Assembly: GCA_964491475.1 (NCBI GenBank)
Contig: CAZBFO010000003.1
Span: 253,293-317,292 of the forward strand
Reading direction: 5' to 3'
Source: an uncultured Gammaproteobacteria bacterium
GTDB taxonomy: Bacteria; Patescibacteriota; Patescibacteriia; SG8-24
Length of the DNA: 64,000 nt
The first letter of the stretch is position 1; each line of letters starts with the position of its first letter. The notes beneath the pieces were generated by a model. It had not been told where the DNA came from, searched no databases, and saw only the letters and a program-made list of their open reading frames with translations. Of this stretch, positions 49,345 through 58,348 are shown one piece after another. The translations under genes were made by a program, and so were the position numbers.

Positions 49345-51984
49345 ATGAGAGAAATGGTGCTTCGGACCGCTCGTCTGCTCGGGTGGCTGTTGGCCCTCGC
49401 GCTTCTGACGAAGTGGATCGTCTCTTCGGTCAACGGGGTTACGGGAAGTCCGTATTTGAGCTGGCCGGCGGCGGCGGTGTTCGCCGTCTCCGCGCTGTTC
49501 GCCGGGCAGCCGTACTGGCTGCGCGGACTGGACCGGCGCGGCTGGCGGATTCGTCCGCTGCCGAAGGTGCTGCGCACCTCGCGGCTTTCCAAGATCATGC
49601 CGTTGCGGCTCATCCGCGTGACGCTGCCGGGTAAACGCTTCGCGATTTTCCGGACGCTGGCGCTGACGACCGCCGTCACCGCGCTGTTCGGCACGGCGGC
49701 GATCCCGTACGTGCGGGCGCGCGTCGCCGAGGGGCTCCCCAAGGACCTTTCGGCGCTGCTGCAGTACAACCCGCCCGTCACCACGCGCGTCTACTCCGCG
49801 GACAACGAGCTCATCTGCACGTTCACCAACGAGAACCGAGTCCGCGTGCCGCTTTCGGCCGTGCCCAAGCACGTGCAGCAGGCGTTCATCGCGGCGGAGG
49901 ACAAGGACTTCTACGCGCACGGCGGGATCGATCCGATCTCGATGGTGCGCGCGGGGACCGTCAACTACCGCAGCGGGTCCGCCAAGCAGGGAGCGTCGAC
50001 GCTCACCCAGCAGGCGATCAAGCAGGTGGTGCTCAAGGACAACTCCAAGACGGTGGCGCGGAAGATCCGCGAGATCGTCCTGGCGGTCGACGTCGAGCAC
50101 CAGATGTCCAAGGACGCCATCCTCGAGGTCTACCTGAACCACGTCTTCCTGGGTCACAATGCCTACGGCATCGAGGCTGCGGCGCAGGCGTACTTCGGCA
50201 AAGAGGCCAAGGACCTGTCGCTGGCCGAGGCGGCGATGCTCGCGGGACTGCCGCGCGCTCCGTCGCACGACTCGCCCTACAGCCACTACGACCGCGCGCG
50301 CGTGCGCCAGGCCTACGTGCTGGGGCAGATGGTCAACGCCAAGTTCATCACCCAGGCGCAGGCTGACGCCGCGCTCAAGGAGGAGCTGGCCATCATCTTC
50401 CGCGAGGACGCGCTCAACCACACGGCGGCGCCGTACTTCTGCGACCACGTGCGGCGCGAGCTCAAGCGCCTGTACGGCAACGAGGCCATCTTCGAGAAGG
50501 GCCTGACCGTGCAGACCACGCTCGACATGCGCATGCAGCGCGCCGCCGAATCGGCGGTCCGTCGCGGCCTCATCGACCTGGAACGGCGCATCGGCTTCAA
50601 CGGTCCCGAAGGAAAGGACCCGAAGTACGCCGGATGCGTCGGACCAGGGGAGGAGATCATCGACGGCGTCATCGACATGGCCAAGGTGGCCGGCGTCGGC
50701 GCCGCGCCGACCGTCTGCATCAAGGGCAAGGCCTATCCGATCCATGCCGAGGATGCCGTGCGCATCGCCAAGTGGGAAAGCGAATCCCGCAAAAGCCTTG
50801 CGGTCGGCGACCTGATGTCGGTGCAGCTCGTGACGGTCACGCCGGACCCGCCCAAGGGCAAGCCCGGCGAACCGTCGCCTCCGGCACCGTCCGGCAAGCG
50901 CTACGCCATTTCGGCGCGGCGTACCAGCGGTCCCGGTCATCCCGAAGCGCTGCAGGCCGCGCTCATCGCAGCCGACCCGCATACTGGCGAGCTGCGCGCC
51001 TACGTTGGCGGCTACGACTTCGTCGAAAGCCAGTATGACGCGGCCTCCATGGCCCACCGTCAGCCCGGTTCTTCGATCAAGCCGTACGTCTACCTGACGG
51101 CGCTGGGTCACGGCCTCAAGGTCGACGACTTCGTGGTCGACGCGCCGTACTGCTACCCGTCGGCGTCCGGCACCTGGTGTCCGCAGAACTACAAGAGCCC
51201 GTTCGGAGGGCAGCAGTACTACGGACGCATCGGGTTGCGCATGGCGCTGGCGTTGTCGCTCAACTCGGTCTCAGTGCAGCTGGCCAACAAGGTCGGCATC
51301 GAGGAGGTCATCCGTACCATGCGTGCGCTCGGCATCACTTCGCCGCTGCTGCGCGTGCTGCCGCTGGCCGTCGGCGCGGCCGAGCTTACGCCCTGGGAGC
51401 ACACCTTCGCCTACACGGCGCTGGCCTCCGGGGGCAAAGTGCTTCCGCGTCATCCGGGTTCGCCGGACGCCGGCATCTTCATCCGAAGCGTCACCGACAA
51501 TTCGGGGAAGGAGCTTTACCGCTATCAGCCCGTTCCTCGCGAACAGTGGCCGCAAGCGGTCAACGCCGGCGACGCCTACGCCATGATGTACCTGATGAAG
51601 GGCGTCGTGGAGCAGGGTACCGGCAAGCGCGTCCGCGAGCTGCAGCGTCCCGCCGCCGCCAAGACCGGCACCACCAACGACTTCCGCGACACCTGGTTCA
51701 TGGGTTTCACCAATGACCTGGTGGTGGGAGTCTGGGTCGGTCGCATGACGCCTGCGCCGATCGTCAAAGAGGCGACCGGCGGCAGCGTCGCGTTGCCGAT
51801 TTGGCTGGCAGCGGTAAAGGAGATGCATCCGCAGACGCCGCCTCGGGACTTCAGCGTTCCGGACGACGTCATGCTGGTCGGCGGGGCCGTGCCTACCGAG
51901 GACTTGGTTCCTTACCAGCGCGGCCGGCTTCCGCTGCAGTTCCAAGGGACAGGCAGCGACACCGGCAATCTGACACCCAAGTGA
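49345..51984 (+). CDS. class A penicillin-binding protein (PBP1A; bifunctional glycosyltransferase/transpeptidase)
   Basis: GAGGGGAGAG before the ATG at 49345 and a signal anchor. GT51 motifs EDKDFYAHGGID and QQAIKQ. Transpeptidase motifs SSIKP (SxxK), SLNS (SxN) and KTGTTND (KTG). Confidence 0.85.
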   Translation: MREMVLRTARLLGWLLALALLTKWIVSSVNGVTGSPYLSWPAAAVFAVSALFAGQPYWLRGLDRRGWRIRPLPKVLRTSRLSKIMPLRLIRVTLPGKRFAIFRTLALTTAVTALFGTAAIPYVRARVAEGLPKDLSALLQYNPPVTTRVYSADNELICTFTNENRVRVPLSAVPKHVQQAFIAAEDKDFYAHGGIDPISMVRAGTVNYRSGSAKQGASTLTQQAIKQVVLKDNSKTVARKIREIVLAVDVEHQMSKDAILEVYLNHVFLGHNAYGIEAAAQAYFGKEAKDLSLAEAAMLAGLPRAPSHDSPYSHYDRARVRQAYVLGQMVNAKFITQAQADAALKEELAIIFREDALNHTAAPYFCDHVRRELKRLYGNEAIFEKGLTVQTTLDMRMQRAAESAVRRGLIDLERRIGFNGPEGKDPKYAGCVGPGEEIIDGVIDMAKVAGVGAAPTVCIKGKAYPIHAEDAVRIAKWESESRKSLAVGDLMSVQLVTVTPDPPKGKPGEPSPPAPSGKRYAISARRTSGPGHPEALQAALIAADPHTGELRAYVGGYDFVESQYDAASMAHRQPGSSIKPYVYLTALGHGLKVDDFVVDAPYCYPSASGTWCPQNYKSPFGGQQYYGRIGLRMALALSLNSVSVQLANKVGIEEVIRTMRALGITSPLLRVLPLAVGAAELTPWEHTFAYTALASGGKVLPRHPGSPDAGIFIRSVTDNSGKELYRYQPVPREQWPQAVNAGDAYAMMYLMKGVVEQGTGKRVRELQRPAAAKTGTTNDFRDTWFMGFTNDLVVGVWVGRMTPAPIVKEATGGSVALPIWLAAVKEMHPQTPPRDFSVPDDVMLVGGAVPTEDLVPYQRGRLPLQFQGTGSDTGNLTPK

Positions 51985-51993
51985 CACGAAGCT

Positions 51994-52018
51994 CATCGCG
52001 CTTGCGATGGGCTTTTTT
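51994..52018 (+). terminator. intrinsic terminator after the PBP1A gene
   Basis: CATCGC-GCTT-GCGATG hairpin followed by GGCTTTTTTGT. A second GC-rich hairpin (GGGGCCCG…CGGGCCCC, about 52061-52090) follows. Confidence 0.45.
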
Positions 52019-52380
52019 GTTTGTTCGGAAAGTGTGCGGAAAATAAAAATAAAATAAGAGGGGCCCGCAGCAAGCGCTACGGGCCCCGGTTCGAGGTTCG
52101 GTTTGGCGGGCGGTGGAGAGGGTCTCCCTTTTAGGAGACCCTTGTTACGTCGGGCTTCTGATCCTGACCATCGCTGGCCTCGTCGATGAAGGCGATCACC
52201 GTCGCGTTTCGGTGCGCGGTGAACAGGTTTCGGGGTGGACGTCGAGCCGCCGGCGGTGCGTTACTGAATGATCGAGGACTGGGAGCTTCGTCTCATCTGG
52301 GCCTCCTTGGCACGCAACCAATTGCGGGAGTGACACTACCGTATTTTTGCGTCTTTGTCAAGACTCGCCGCCGCGCCTGT

Positions 52381-52407
52381 AAAAAATCCCCGCACAAAGG
52401 CGGGGAT
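52381..52407 (-). terminator. intrinsic terminator for the minus-strand nuclease gene
   Basis: The minus strand reads ATCCCCGC-CTTTGT-GCGGGGAT followed by TTTTTT (revcomp of 52381-52407). Confidence 0.55.
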
Positions 52408-52415
52408 TTCCAGGT

Positions 52416-53031
52416 TCACCGATGACGGCGGTGCGGACGGTGCGACGGTGCGGGCGGGGGATCTTCCTGCGTGCAGGCCTGCGGGTCCCACAGGCCGCGC
52501 CGCGCATCTCGCGCTTCCGCTTCGGCGGTGCGGAACTGTTCGCGCTTGGCGTAGTTGCGGCCGTAGCCGTTCTCATGGGCGAAGCCTTCGCGGACCAGCA
52601 GCTCGTTCACGTCGGTGCCGTCAGCCAGGTAGACGTAGCGGAGCAGGCGTCCGTACTTGTCGCGGTCGCCGGCTTGCGGGTCCGCTTCCAAACGGACGGT
52701 CTTGCCTTCGACCAGCTCGTGCGTGCGTCGCGAAGCTTCCTTGCCGAAGCACTCCACCGGTTTGCGCGGGTCGACGGTTTCGGGCGTGTTGATGCCGATG
52801 AGACGGACCTTCTCGTTGCCGCCGGCCGTTGCCACTACGATGGTGTCGCCGTCGACGACGCGTTCCACCTGGAACGTGCCGATGCGACGGACGTCATCGG
52901 TCACGGCGGCCGGCCCGTTCCGGAGCCAGTGACCCAGAAAGATGCCGGCCGCGATTGCCACGGCTATCGCGGTGCCGATGAAGAGAATGCTCCTCTTCAG
53001 TCGCTCGGGAGAGAACAGCATGCAGTACCTC
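52416..53031 (-). CDS. membrane-anchored thermonuclease (staphylococcal/micrococcal nuclease, SNase-like)
   Basis: Start at the internal ATG with GGAGG upstream. N-terminal transmembrane segment ILFIGTAIAVAIAAGIFLG. SNase core VVDGDTIVV…VRLIGINTPE…GRLLRYVYL…DGTDVNELLVREGFA…KREQFRTAEAEARDARRGLW. Confidence 0.75.
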
Positions 53032-53191
53032 CTCGGGTGTCGCGTGCACGATTCGACGCTAGCCGAAATCGGCCCAAAAGTCAACCGGGCGGCAGGCATC
53101 TGACGATAAACTGTCAGGCCCTTGACATAACTTTCCGGATGTGCCTATAGTTTCGGCATAACTCGCGCATGGGCGCCCAAGATCAAAAAGC

Positions 53192-54997
53192 ATGCCTGGG
53201 AAAAATGCCGCAAAGAACGTAACCGGCAGTCGGGGAGCGTGGTCCGCCATCAGCAACGGCTCGTATGCCGTTCTCGACGAACGGACGCTTTCCGAAGCCG
53301 AATTGAAGGAAATCGCCGAGCAGATCAAGTCTTCGGATTCCTTCGGCACTCTTTTTCACCTTATCGGCGAAATTCCCGTGCGCGGCCGTACGTTTGACTG
53401 GAACGTGGGCGGGCTCCTTCAGCACTTCGACGCGGACGTCGCCTTGAGCGCATTGCAGCACGTTGATGACGCCGCGTCCCTGCATGAGTCGGTCGGTTTG
53501 GCGTGGGTCTTCGGCCAGTATCGCAACCGTCAGCAGGCGATCATCTCGCACCTGTACTCCGTCGTGGCCGAAGCGAAGTCCTCCGAAGCATGGTGGCAGG
53601 CCGCCTTTTCGCTCGAAAAACTGCATGCGGATGACGCGGTAAACCTGCTGAAACGCTCACTGAAGGCGTCCGAACTCAATACGGCCTCGTACTATCTCGG
53701 TCATCTCGAGGACAAACGCTCGCTCATCGGGATTCTTCTCGTCACCGACGAGGAAGCGCTTCAGGCCGTGTATGCCAAGGTGCGCGAGACCTTTTTGGGC
53801 AAGCCCTCCCAGGACGCGCTCGTCAATTGCTGCTGGCTCATCGGGCGTCTGCACCTTTTTGACGACCAGATTGCGGCGAAGCTGATTTCGCTGATGACCA
53901 GCGAGGTCTACTCCGTGAAGTATTACGCGTTCCTCGCGCTGCAGAACAACGCCACCGAAGGGCTCCGCGCTCCGCTCGAAGCGGCCTTGGGAGGCGACGT
54001 GCTTTCGCGCCGTCTGGCGGCACGGGCGCTCCGCGTCGTCTGCAGCGACAGGTCGCTGATCGCCCTCGAGGCCGCGCTCGTCTCCGAGAAGGAACCTGGT
54101 GTCGTTTCGGAAATCACCAAGACCATCTACCGCATCAAGAATCCGCCGCATCGCGAGCGGCAGACCGTCAAGCGGAAGACCAGCATCCTCGAAAACGGGA
54201 CGATGTACGACGAGAACGCCGATCCCTGCATTTACGATCTCTTTGCGCAGGCGCAGGACCCCGAGGGGCTGTGCTTCGATCTGATCCTGAACAGCCTGGG
54301 CAAGAAGCCGAGGGTCAATCCGGTGGTGGCCTCAATGCGGACAGGCGTCGCGCTGCGGAAGATGTTGGCCTCGATGCCCTTCGAGGGGACGCTCCTGGGG
54401 TTCGACCGGTCGCCGCGCATGTGCGCCTACGTGAAGGAAAAAGTGATGCATGAGCAGAAGTTCGCCAAGAAGGTCCGTGTCGTCACCGGCACGTTTTCCG
54501 AGGCGGTGCGGCGCGAAGGCGTCACTTCCGACCTGATCGTCCGCAGCTTCGGCCTTCCCGGCAGCATTCCCGGCGCGATGGCCGTGCTGGCCGAGCTTAA
54601 GGCGGTGCATGAGACGCTGAGCGAAAACGGCGAATACTGGACCATCGGTTGGGACGAGCTGTTCAACGACGGGCTCAATGCCATGGCCTTCAAGTACCTT
54701 CCCGACGGCATTCAGGCCAGGAACTTCGAGGAGTGGCGCGAAGAGCGGGCGCGCAAGGGCATGTCGCGCGACGCCACCGGCCTTACCTGGTTCAAGCGAG
54801 GCCTGCTGGTGCCCCTGCAGTACGGGTCGCTGCAGGATGCGGCCACCGCCATGGGACATCTGTTCGGGCGCGATGCGTCGCAGTACGTCATCAGGAACGT
54901 GAAGACGGAATGGAGCATGTCGGTAGGCATCACCCGGGATACCAAGAAGAGCCTGAAGCGGGTGATTGCCGAGCTGGAAGCGCAGATGGGGGAATGA
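53192..54997 (+). CDS. HEAT/PBS-lyase-like repeat protein fused to a possible class I methyltransferase-like C-terminal domain
   Basis: 601 aa. The N-terminal half has reiterated helical repeats (…SEAWWQAAFSLEKLHADDAVNLLK…LVNCCWLIGRLHLFDDQIAAKLISLMTSEVYSVKYYAFLALQNN…RRLAARALRVV…). The C-terminal half (…LLGFDRSPRMCAYVKEK…KKVRVVTGTFSEAV…DLIVRSFGLPG…) weakly resembles a Rossmann-fold methyltransferase. Confidence 0.45.
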   Translation: MPGKNAAKNVTGSRGAWSAISNGSYAVLDERTLSEAELKEIAEQIKSSDSFGTLFHLIGEIPVRGRTFDWNVGGLLQHFDADVALSALQHVDDAASLHESVGLAWVFGQYRNRQQAIISHLYSVVAEAKSSEAWWQAAFSLEKLHADDAVNLLKRSLKASELNTASYYLGHLEDKRSLIGILLVTDEEALQAVYAKVRETFLGKPSQDALVNCCWLIGRLHLFDDQIAAKLISLMTSEVYSVKYYAFLALQNNATEGLRAPLEAALGGDVLSRRLAARALRVVCSDRSLIALEAALVSEKEPGVVSEITKTIYRIKNPPHRERQTVKRKTSILENGTMYDENADPCIYDLFAQAQDPEGLCFDLILNSLGKKPRVNPVVASMRTGVALRKMLASMPFEGTLLGFDRSPRMCAYVKEKVMHEQKFAKKVRVVTGTFSEAVRREGVTSDLIVRSFGLPGSIPGAMAVLAELKAVHETLSENGEYWTIGWDELFNDGLNAMAFKYLPDGIQARNFEEWREERARKGMSRDATGLTWFKRGLLVPLQYGSLQDAATAMGHLFGRDASQYVIRNVKTEWSMSVGITRDTKKSLKRVIAELEAQMGE

Positions 54998-55092
54998 CGC
55001 CGCCCGAAGGGCGACGGCACGACGGGGCAAAGGAGGTTTGCCGGGTCGTGCCGTCGCCCTTCACACGACGGCGACACAGGAGGTGAGTTTCC

Positions 55093-55986
55093 ATGTCAAA
55101 CGTGCATATCTGCCAAGAGCATAACGACTACGTGTTCGGCATCGCCATGAAGGAGGCGGTCCGGCGGGCGGTCAGCGTCATCCGGCGACAGCGTTTCACC
55201 TTCGAGGCGCAGGCCAAAGAAGGCCTGAGCGGCGCCATGGACGACCTGGTGACCACTGCCGACATCGTGGCGCAGGAAACGTACGTCAAGACGCTGGGTA
55301 AGGCCTTTCCCGCCTGGGGCATCGTGGCCGAAGAAAACGGCCTGTCGGTGGCCTGCCGCATGGAAGGTACCGACGCCTACTTTACCGTCGACCCGCTCGA
55401 CGGCACCAAGGCGTTTGCGCGCGGGCAGTGGGACGGCGTAGGGACGATGATCTCCGCGGTCGTCGACGGGCGCGTGATCGCCGCCTTCGTCGGCGATGCC
55501 GGCGCTCCGGCGATCTACGGCTACCGTCCGAATTCCCCGCACGTGCACCGCGTCGGAGATTTCGACACGCCCGAGCTGCTTCGGATCGACGGGCGACGCC
55601 CGTTGGCGGAACAGAAGGTGCTGGTCCGCATGGACCTGGACATGTACGGCCCGCTGCTCCGCAGGCTGCTGCACCCGAGTTCCGGATCGTTCCGGTCGCT
55701 CGAGCGCGTCAACGGCAGCATCGGCATCGGCATCGCGCGGATGTGGAAGGGCGAGGTCGGAGGTGCGGTGATGGCGCGCGGCGTCACTACCCCGTGGGAC
55801 CTCTGTCCCATCATCGGCATTTCCGAACGGTTGGGTTTCGTCTTCCTCCGTTGCACCGAAAATGACCTGGTTCCGTACAAGCCCGTCGTCAGCAAGAAGA
55901 TCGAACGTGTCGACTTTGACACGCTGATCGTCCACGAGAGCCGCGTCGAAGAAGCGCGTAACGCGCTTCGGCGCATCAAGGCGTAG
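55093..55986 (+). CDS. inositol monophosphatase / FBPase / CysQ-superfamily phosphatase (candidate pAp or NADP(H) phosphatase)
   Basis: Metal-binding motifs GIVAEENG (EE), VDPLDGTKAF (DPxDGT) and WDLCPIIGI (WDxxA/P). GGAGGTGAG Shine-Dalgarno sequence before the ATG. Confidence 0.65.
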   Translation: MSNVHICQEHNDYVFGIAMKEAVRRAVSVIRRQRFTFEAQAKEGLSGAMDDLVTTADIVAQETYVKTLGKAFPAWGIVAEENGLSVACRMEGTDAYFTVDPLDGTKAFARGQWDGVGTMISAVVDGRVIAAFVGDAGAPAIYGYRPNSPHVHRVGDFDTPELLRIDGRRPLAEQKVLVRMDLDMYGPLLRRLLHPSSGSFRSLERVNGSIGIGIARMWKGEVGGAVMARGVTTPWDLCPIIGISERLGFVFLRCTENDLVPYKPVVSKKIERVDFDTLIVHESRVEEARNALRRIKA

Positions 55987-56097
55987 TCGTGCAGCCTTCC
56001 GATGAGATCGGAGGGCTTTTTTATTGACAAAATGCCCTAAAATGCCAAGCTGATTTTATCGCTCATTCCAAGCAAAAGCATAGACGGGAGAAGCCCA

Positions 56098-56760
56098 ATG
56101 AAACCACACGTCAGCGGGCGAGTCGCCATAATGGAAGGTTCAAAATTCAACCTTTCATTGGTGATGACCGCACATGAGTTCGTGCTCGACAATATCCTCG
56201 CCGACGCCGGCCCCATCCAGATGGCGATCGACATGGCTAAGGGCCGTAACCGCTTCGATTGGCCCGCACCCGGCAAGAAGATTGCCAGGCAGATCTGGGA
56301 AAGCCTCAAGGCGCTGCACGACGTCGATGCGCGACCGCTCATGCTGATTGGGCGCGACATTACCGTGCAAGTGCGGCTGCTCGGCAACACTTGGGTCATC
56401 CAGGACGTCGACTCCGGGGAGCTCAAGCTGCACGACGGTAAGCCGCTCACCAGCCTCAACCCTTTGCCGAACATCACGGTGCTTGGTCCTTGGGATGCGT
56501 CCAAAAACGCGTATCGGCTGATGACCGCGGAGCAAGTCGATCGCATCGGCGAGCTCGTCACCGGCCCGCTGGTGCGGCTGAAGCTGGACTTCGAACGCCT
56601 GACGACCGCAAATCATCAGACGCTCAAGTCCGGCTACACCGACTACGCGCGGATTTCGTTTCCGTACGTCAGGTACGGCCTGAGCCGCGAGATCATCACC
56701 GTTCGCTGCGTCTCTTCGGACGGCAAGGAACCGGATCCCACCAGTCACGTGGAGAACTGA
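56098..56760 (+). CDS. hypothetical protein, member A of a tandem paralog pair
   Basis: 220 aa, no recognisable domain. Clearly homologous to the next gene: FDWPAPGKKIARQIWE…ISFPYVRYGLSREIITVRCVSSDGKEPDP versus VDWPYPGKDKVLEAWE…VSFPHSIYGAGEDWLRVRCVRPDGSEVE. Confidence 0.5.
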   Translation: MKPHVSGRVAIMEGSKFNLSLVMTAHEFVLDNILADAGPIQMAIDMAKGRNRFDWPAPGKKIARQIWESLKALHDVDARPLMLIGRDITVQVRLLGNTWVIQDVDSGELKLHDGKPLTSLNPLPNITVLGPWDASKNAYRLMTAEQVDRIGELVTGPLVRLKLDFERLTTANHQTLKSGYTDYARISFPYVRYGLSREIITVRCVSSDGKEPDPTSHVEN

Positions 56761-56761
56761 G

Positions 56762-57433
56762 ATGCTTTTCGGAAAAAAGTCAGCGCCCGTCGTCATCGGC
56801 GGCGCGGCGCCCGTCTTCGGAGAAAAGTTCGACCTCGTCAAGGTGCTCTACGCCTATGAACAGCTGTTCGACGCCCTCACTGCCAGGTTCGGTCACAAGG
56901 GTTCGTCGAGAGTGCAGGGCAGTTACGCTGCCATCGCCGACGGCGTCGACTGGCCGTATCCCGGCAAGGACAAGGTCCTCGAAGCCTGGGAGTTCTGGTC
57001 GCAGCGCTATGACGTCCTGGGGGAGGGCGTGCTGCACCAGGTCGGTCCCGTCGAGTCGCGGGCGTTCGTGCTCGCCCGGAACCGGTACGTCTACGACGCC
57101 GCCAGCCAAAGGCATACGCTCAGCAACGGCCAGCCGCTCGAGTCCCTCGACTCCGGGCCGCAGGTGGCGCTCTATGGCAGGACGCGGGACAACGTCATGA
57201 TCGGCATGAACGAATACCTCGCGGAAAAAGTCCGCGCGATAGTGGTCAGCGATCTCGCCAAGTTCGGCTTCGACTACACCACCGCTTCGTACTCCCGCAC
57301 TCCCAACGTCATCGAAATCGTCGGCTCGGTTTCCTTCCCGCACTCCATCTACGGAGCAGGGGAGGACTGGCTGCGAGTCCGCTGCGTCCGACCCGACGGG
57401 TCAGAGGTGGAGAAGGCGATGGGCGGGAATTAG
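56762..57433 (+). CDS. hypothetical protein, member B of the tandem paralog pair
   Basis: 223 aa. Its ATG lies 1 nt after the TGA of member A (CTGAGATG), suggesting translational coupling. Confidence 0.5.
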   Translation: MLFGKKSAPVVIGGAAPVFGEKFDLVKVLYAYEQLFDALTARFGHKGSSRVQGSYAAIADGVDWPYPGKDKVLEAWEFWSQRYDVLGEGVLHQVGPVESRAFVLARNRYVYDAASQRHTLSNGQPLESLDSGPQVALYGRTRDNVMIGMNEYLAEKVRAIVVSDLAKFGFDYTTASYSRTPNVIEIVGSVSFPHSIYGAGEDWLRVRCVRPDGSEVEKAMGGN

Positions 57434-57517
57434 GACGGATGCGGCCTCCCTACTGGGGGCTGCTTTTTTGTTTCGGTTCCCGATGACGGTTTGCGATCGG
57501 GATGATTTGGGTCGGCG

Positions 57518-57561
57518 TTGACATTGTGCACAGTTTGAGCTACTTTGTGTATCAGTAACAC
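57518..57561 (+). promoter_or_regulatory. candidate promoter (-35 TTGACA, 17-nt spacer, -10 TACTTT) with an overlapping imperfect palindrome GTGTATCAGTAACAC, a candidate NrtR operator
   Basis: TTGACA at 57518-57523. The palindrome at 57547-57561 has half-sites GTGTAT and revcomp GTGTTA, placed at or near the predicted start site directly upstream of nrtR. Confidence 0.35.
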
Positions 57562-57572
57562 GAAGTACCTCT

Positions 57573-58250
57573 ATGCCTTCCGCCATGAATCCGCACCCCT
57601 CCTCGCAGGACATCAAGGTCGCCGCAGACGCGGCAATTTTCACCGTCCAGGACGGGAAGCTCAAGGTGCTGGTTATCGAAATGAAGAAGGCGCCCTTTGC
57701 CGGGCGCTGGGCGCTGCCAGGAGGCCTGATCGACGATCAGGAGACGACGGAGCGCACGGTGCGTCGCGTGCTCAAAGACGAGGCCGGAGTGACTGGTACC
57801 TATCTGGAACAGCTCGGTGCCTTCGACGCGCCCGGTCGCGATCCTTTCGGGCGGGTGGTCAGCGTGGCGTATTTCGCCCTGATTCCTTCTGGTTCCGTGA
57901 CGCTCAAGACCTCACCCAAGTACGCCGCCGTGCGCTGGGCGGCGATCCAGGGCCTCGTCAAGTTGGCGTATGACCACGACGAAGTGCTGCAGGCAGCGGT
58001 GGCCCGCGTCCGCGAACGGCTGGGCTACTCCAACGTGGCCTGGAGCCTGCTGCCGAAGGCCTTCACCCTGGCACAGCTTCAGGAAGTGTATGAGGCCATC
58101 CTCGGAGAGGGCGTGGATAAGCGTAATTTTCGCAAAAAAATCATCGCGTCGGGGCTGCTGGCCCCGACGGGCAAACTGGCGGTCGGCGGCGCACATAGGC
58201 CGGCCGAACTGTTCACTTTCAAGTCCCGTCGGACCGGGTTGACGAAATAG
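57573..58250 (+). CDS. nrtR: NrtR-family transcriptional regulator of NAD metabolism (degenerate Nudix domain + C-terminal winged-helix)
   Basis: Nudix-like box with substituted catalytic glutamates (GRWALPGGLIDDQETTERTVRRVLKDEAGV). C-terminal region LLPKAFTLAQLQEVYEAILGEGVDKRNFRKKI matches the NrtR DNA-binding domain. Heads a cluster of NAD salvage genes. Confidence 0.75.
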   Translation: MPSAMNPHPSSQDIKVAADAAIFTVQDGKLKVLVIEMKKAPFAGRWALPGGLIDDQETTERTVRRVLKDEAGVTGTYLEQLGAFDAPGRDPFGRVVSVAYFALIPSGSVTLKTSPKYAAVRWAAIQGLVKLAYDHDEVLQAAVARVRERLGYSNVAWSLLPKAFTLAQLQEVYEAILGEGVDKRNFRKKIIASGLLAPTGKLAVGGAHRPAELFTFKSRRTGLTK

Positions 58251-58348
58251 TGAAAATCGGCTAACGTCAGCTGTTCTCTTGCTGCATTCGGCGGCAAGGG
58301 GAGAGGCGCTCATTCCACGGCAAAATCCACGACGAAAAAGGAGACATC

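Noticed and set aside
52030-52160. Possible tRNA or small RNA suggested by GGTTCGAGG and GC-rich hairpins downstream of the PBP1A gene.
   Set aside because: No cloverleaf can be drawn: no GGTTCGANTCC T-loop and no acceptor stem. More parsimonious as tandem terminator hairpins (GGGGCCCG…CGGGCCCC; GGGTCTCC…GGAGACCC).
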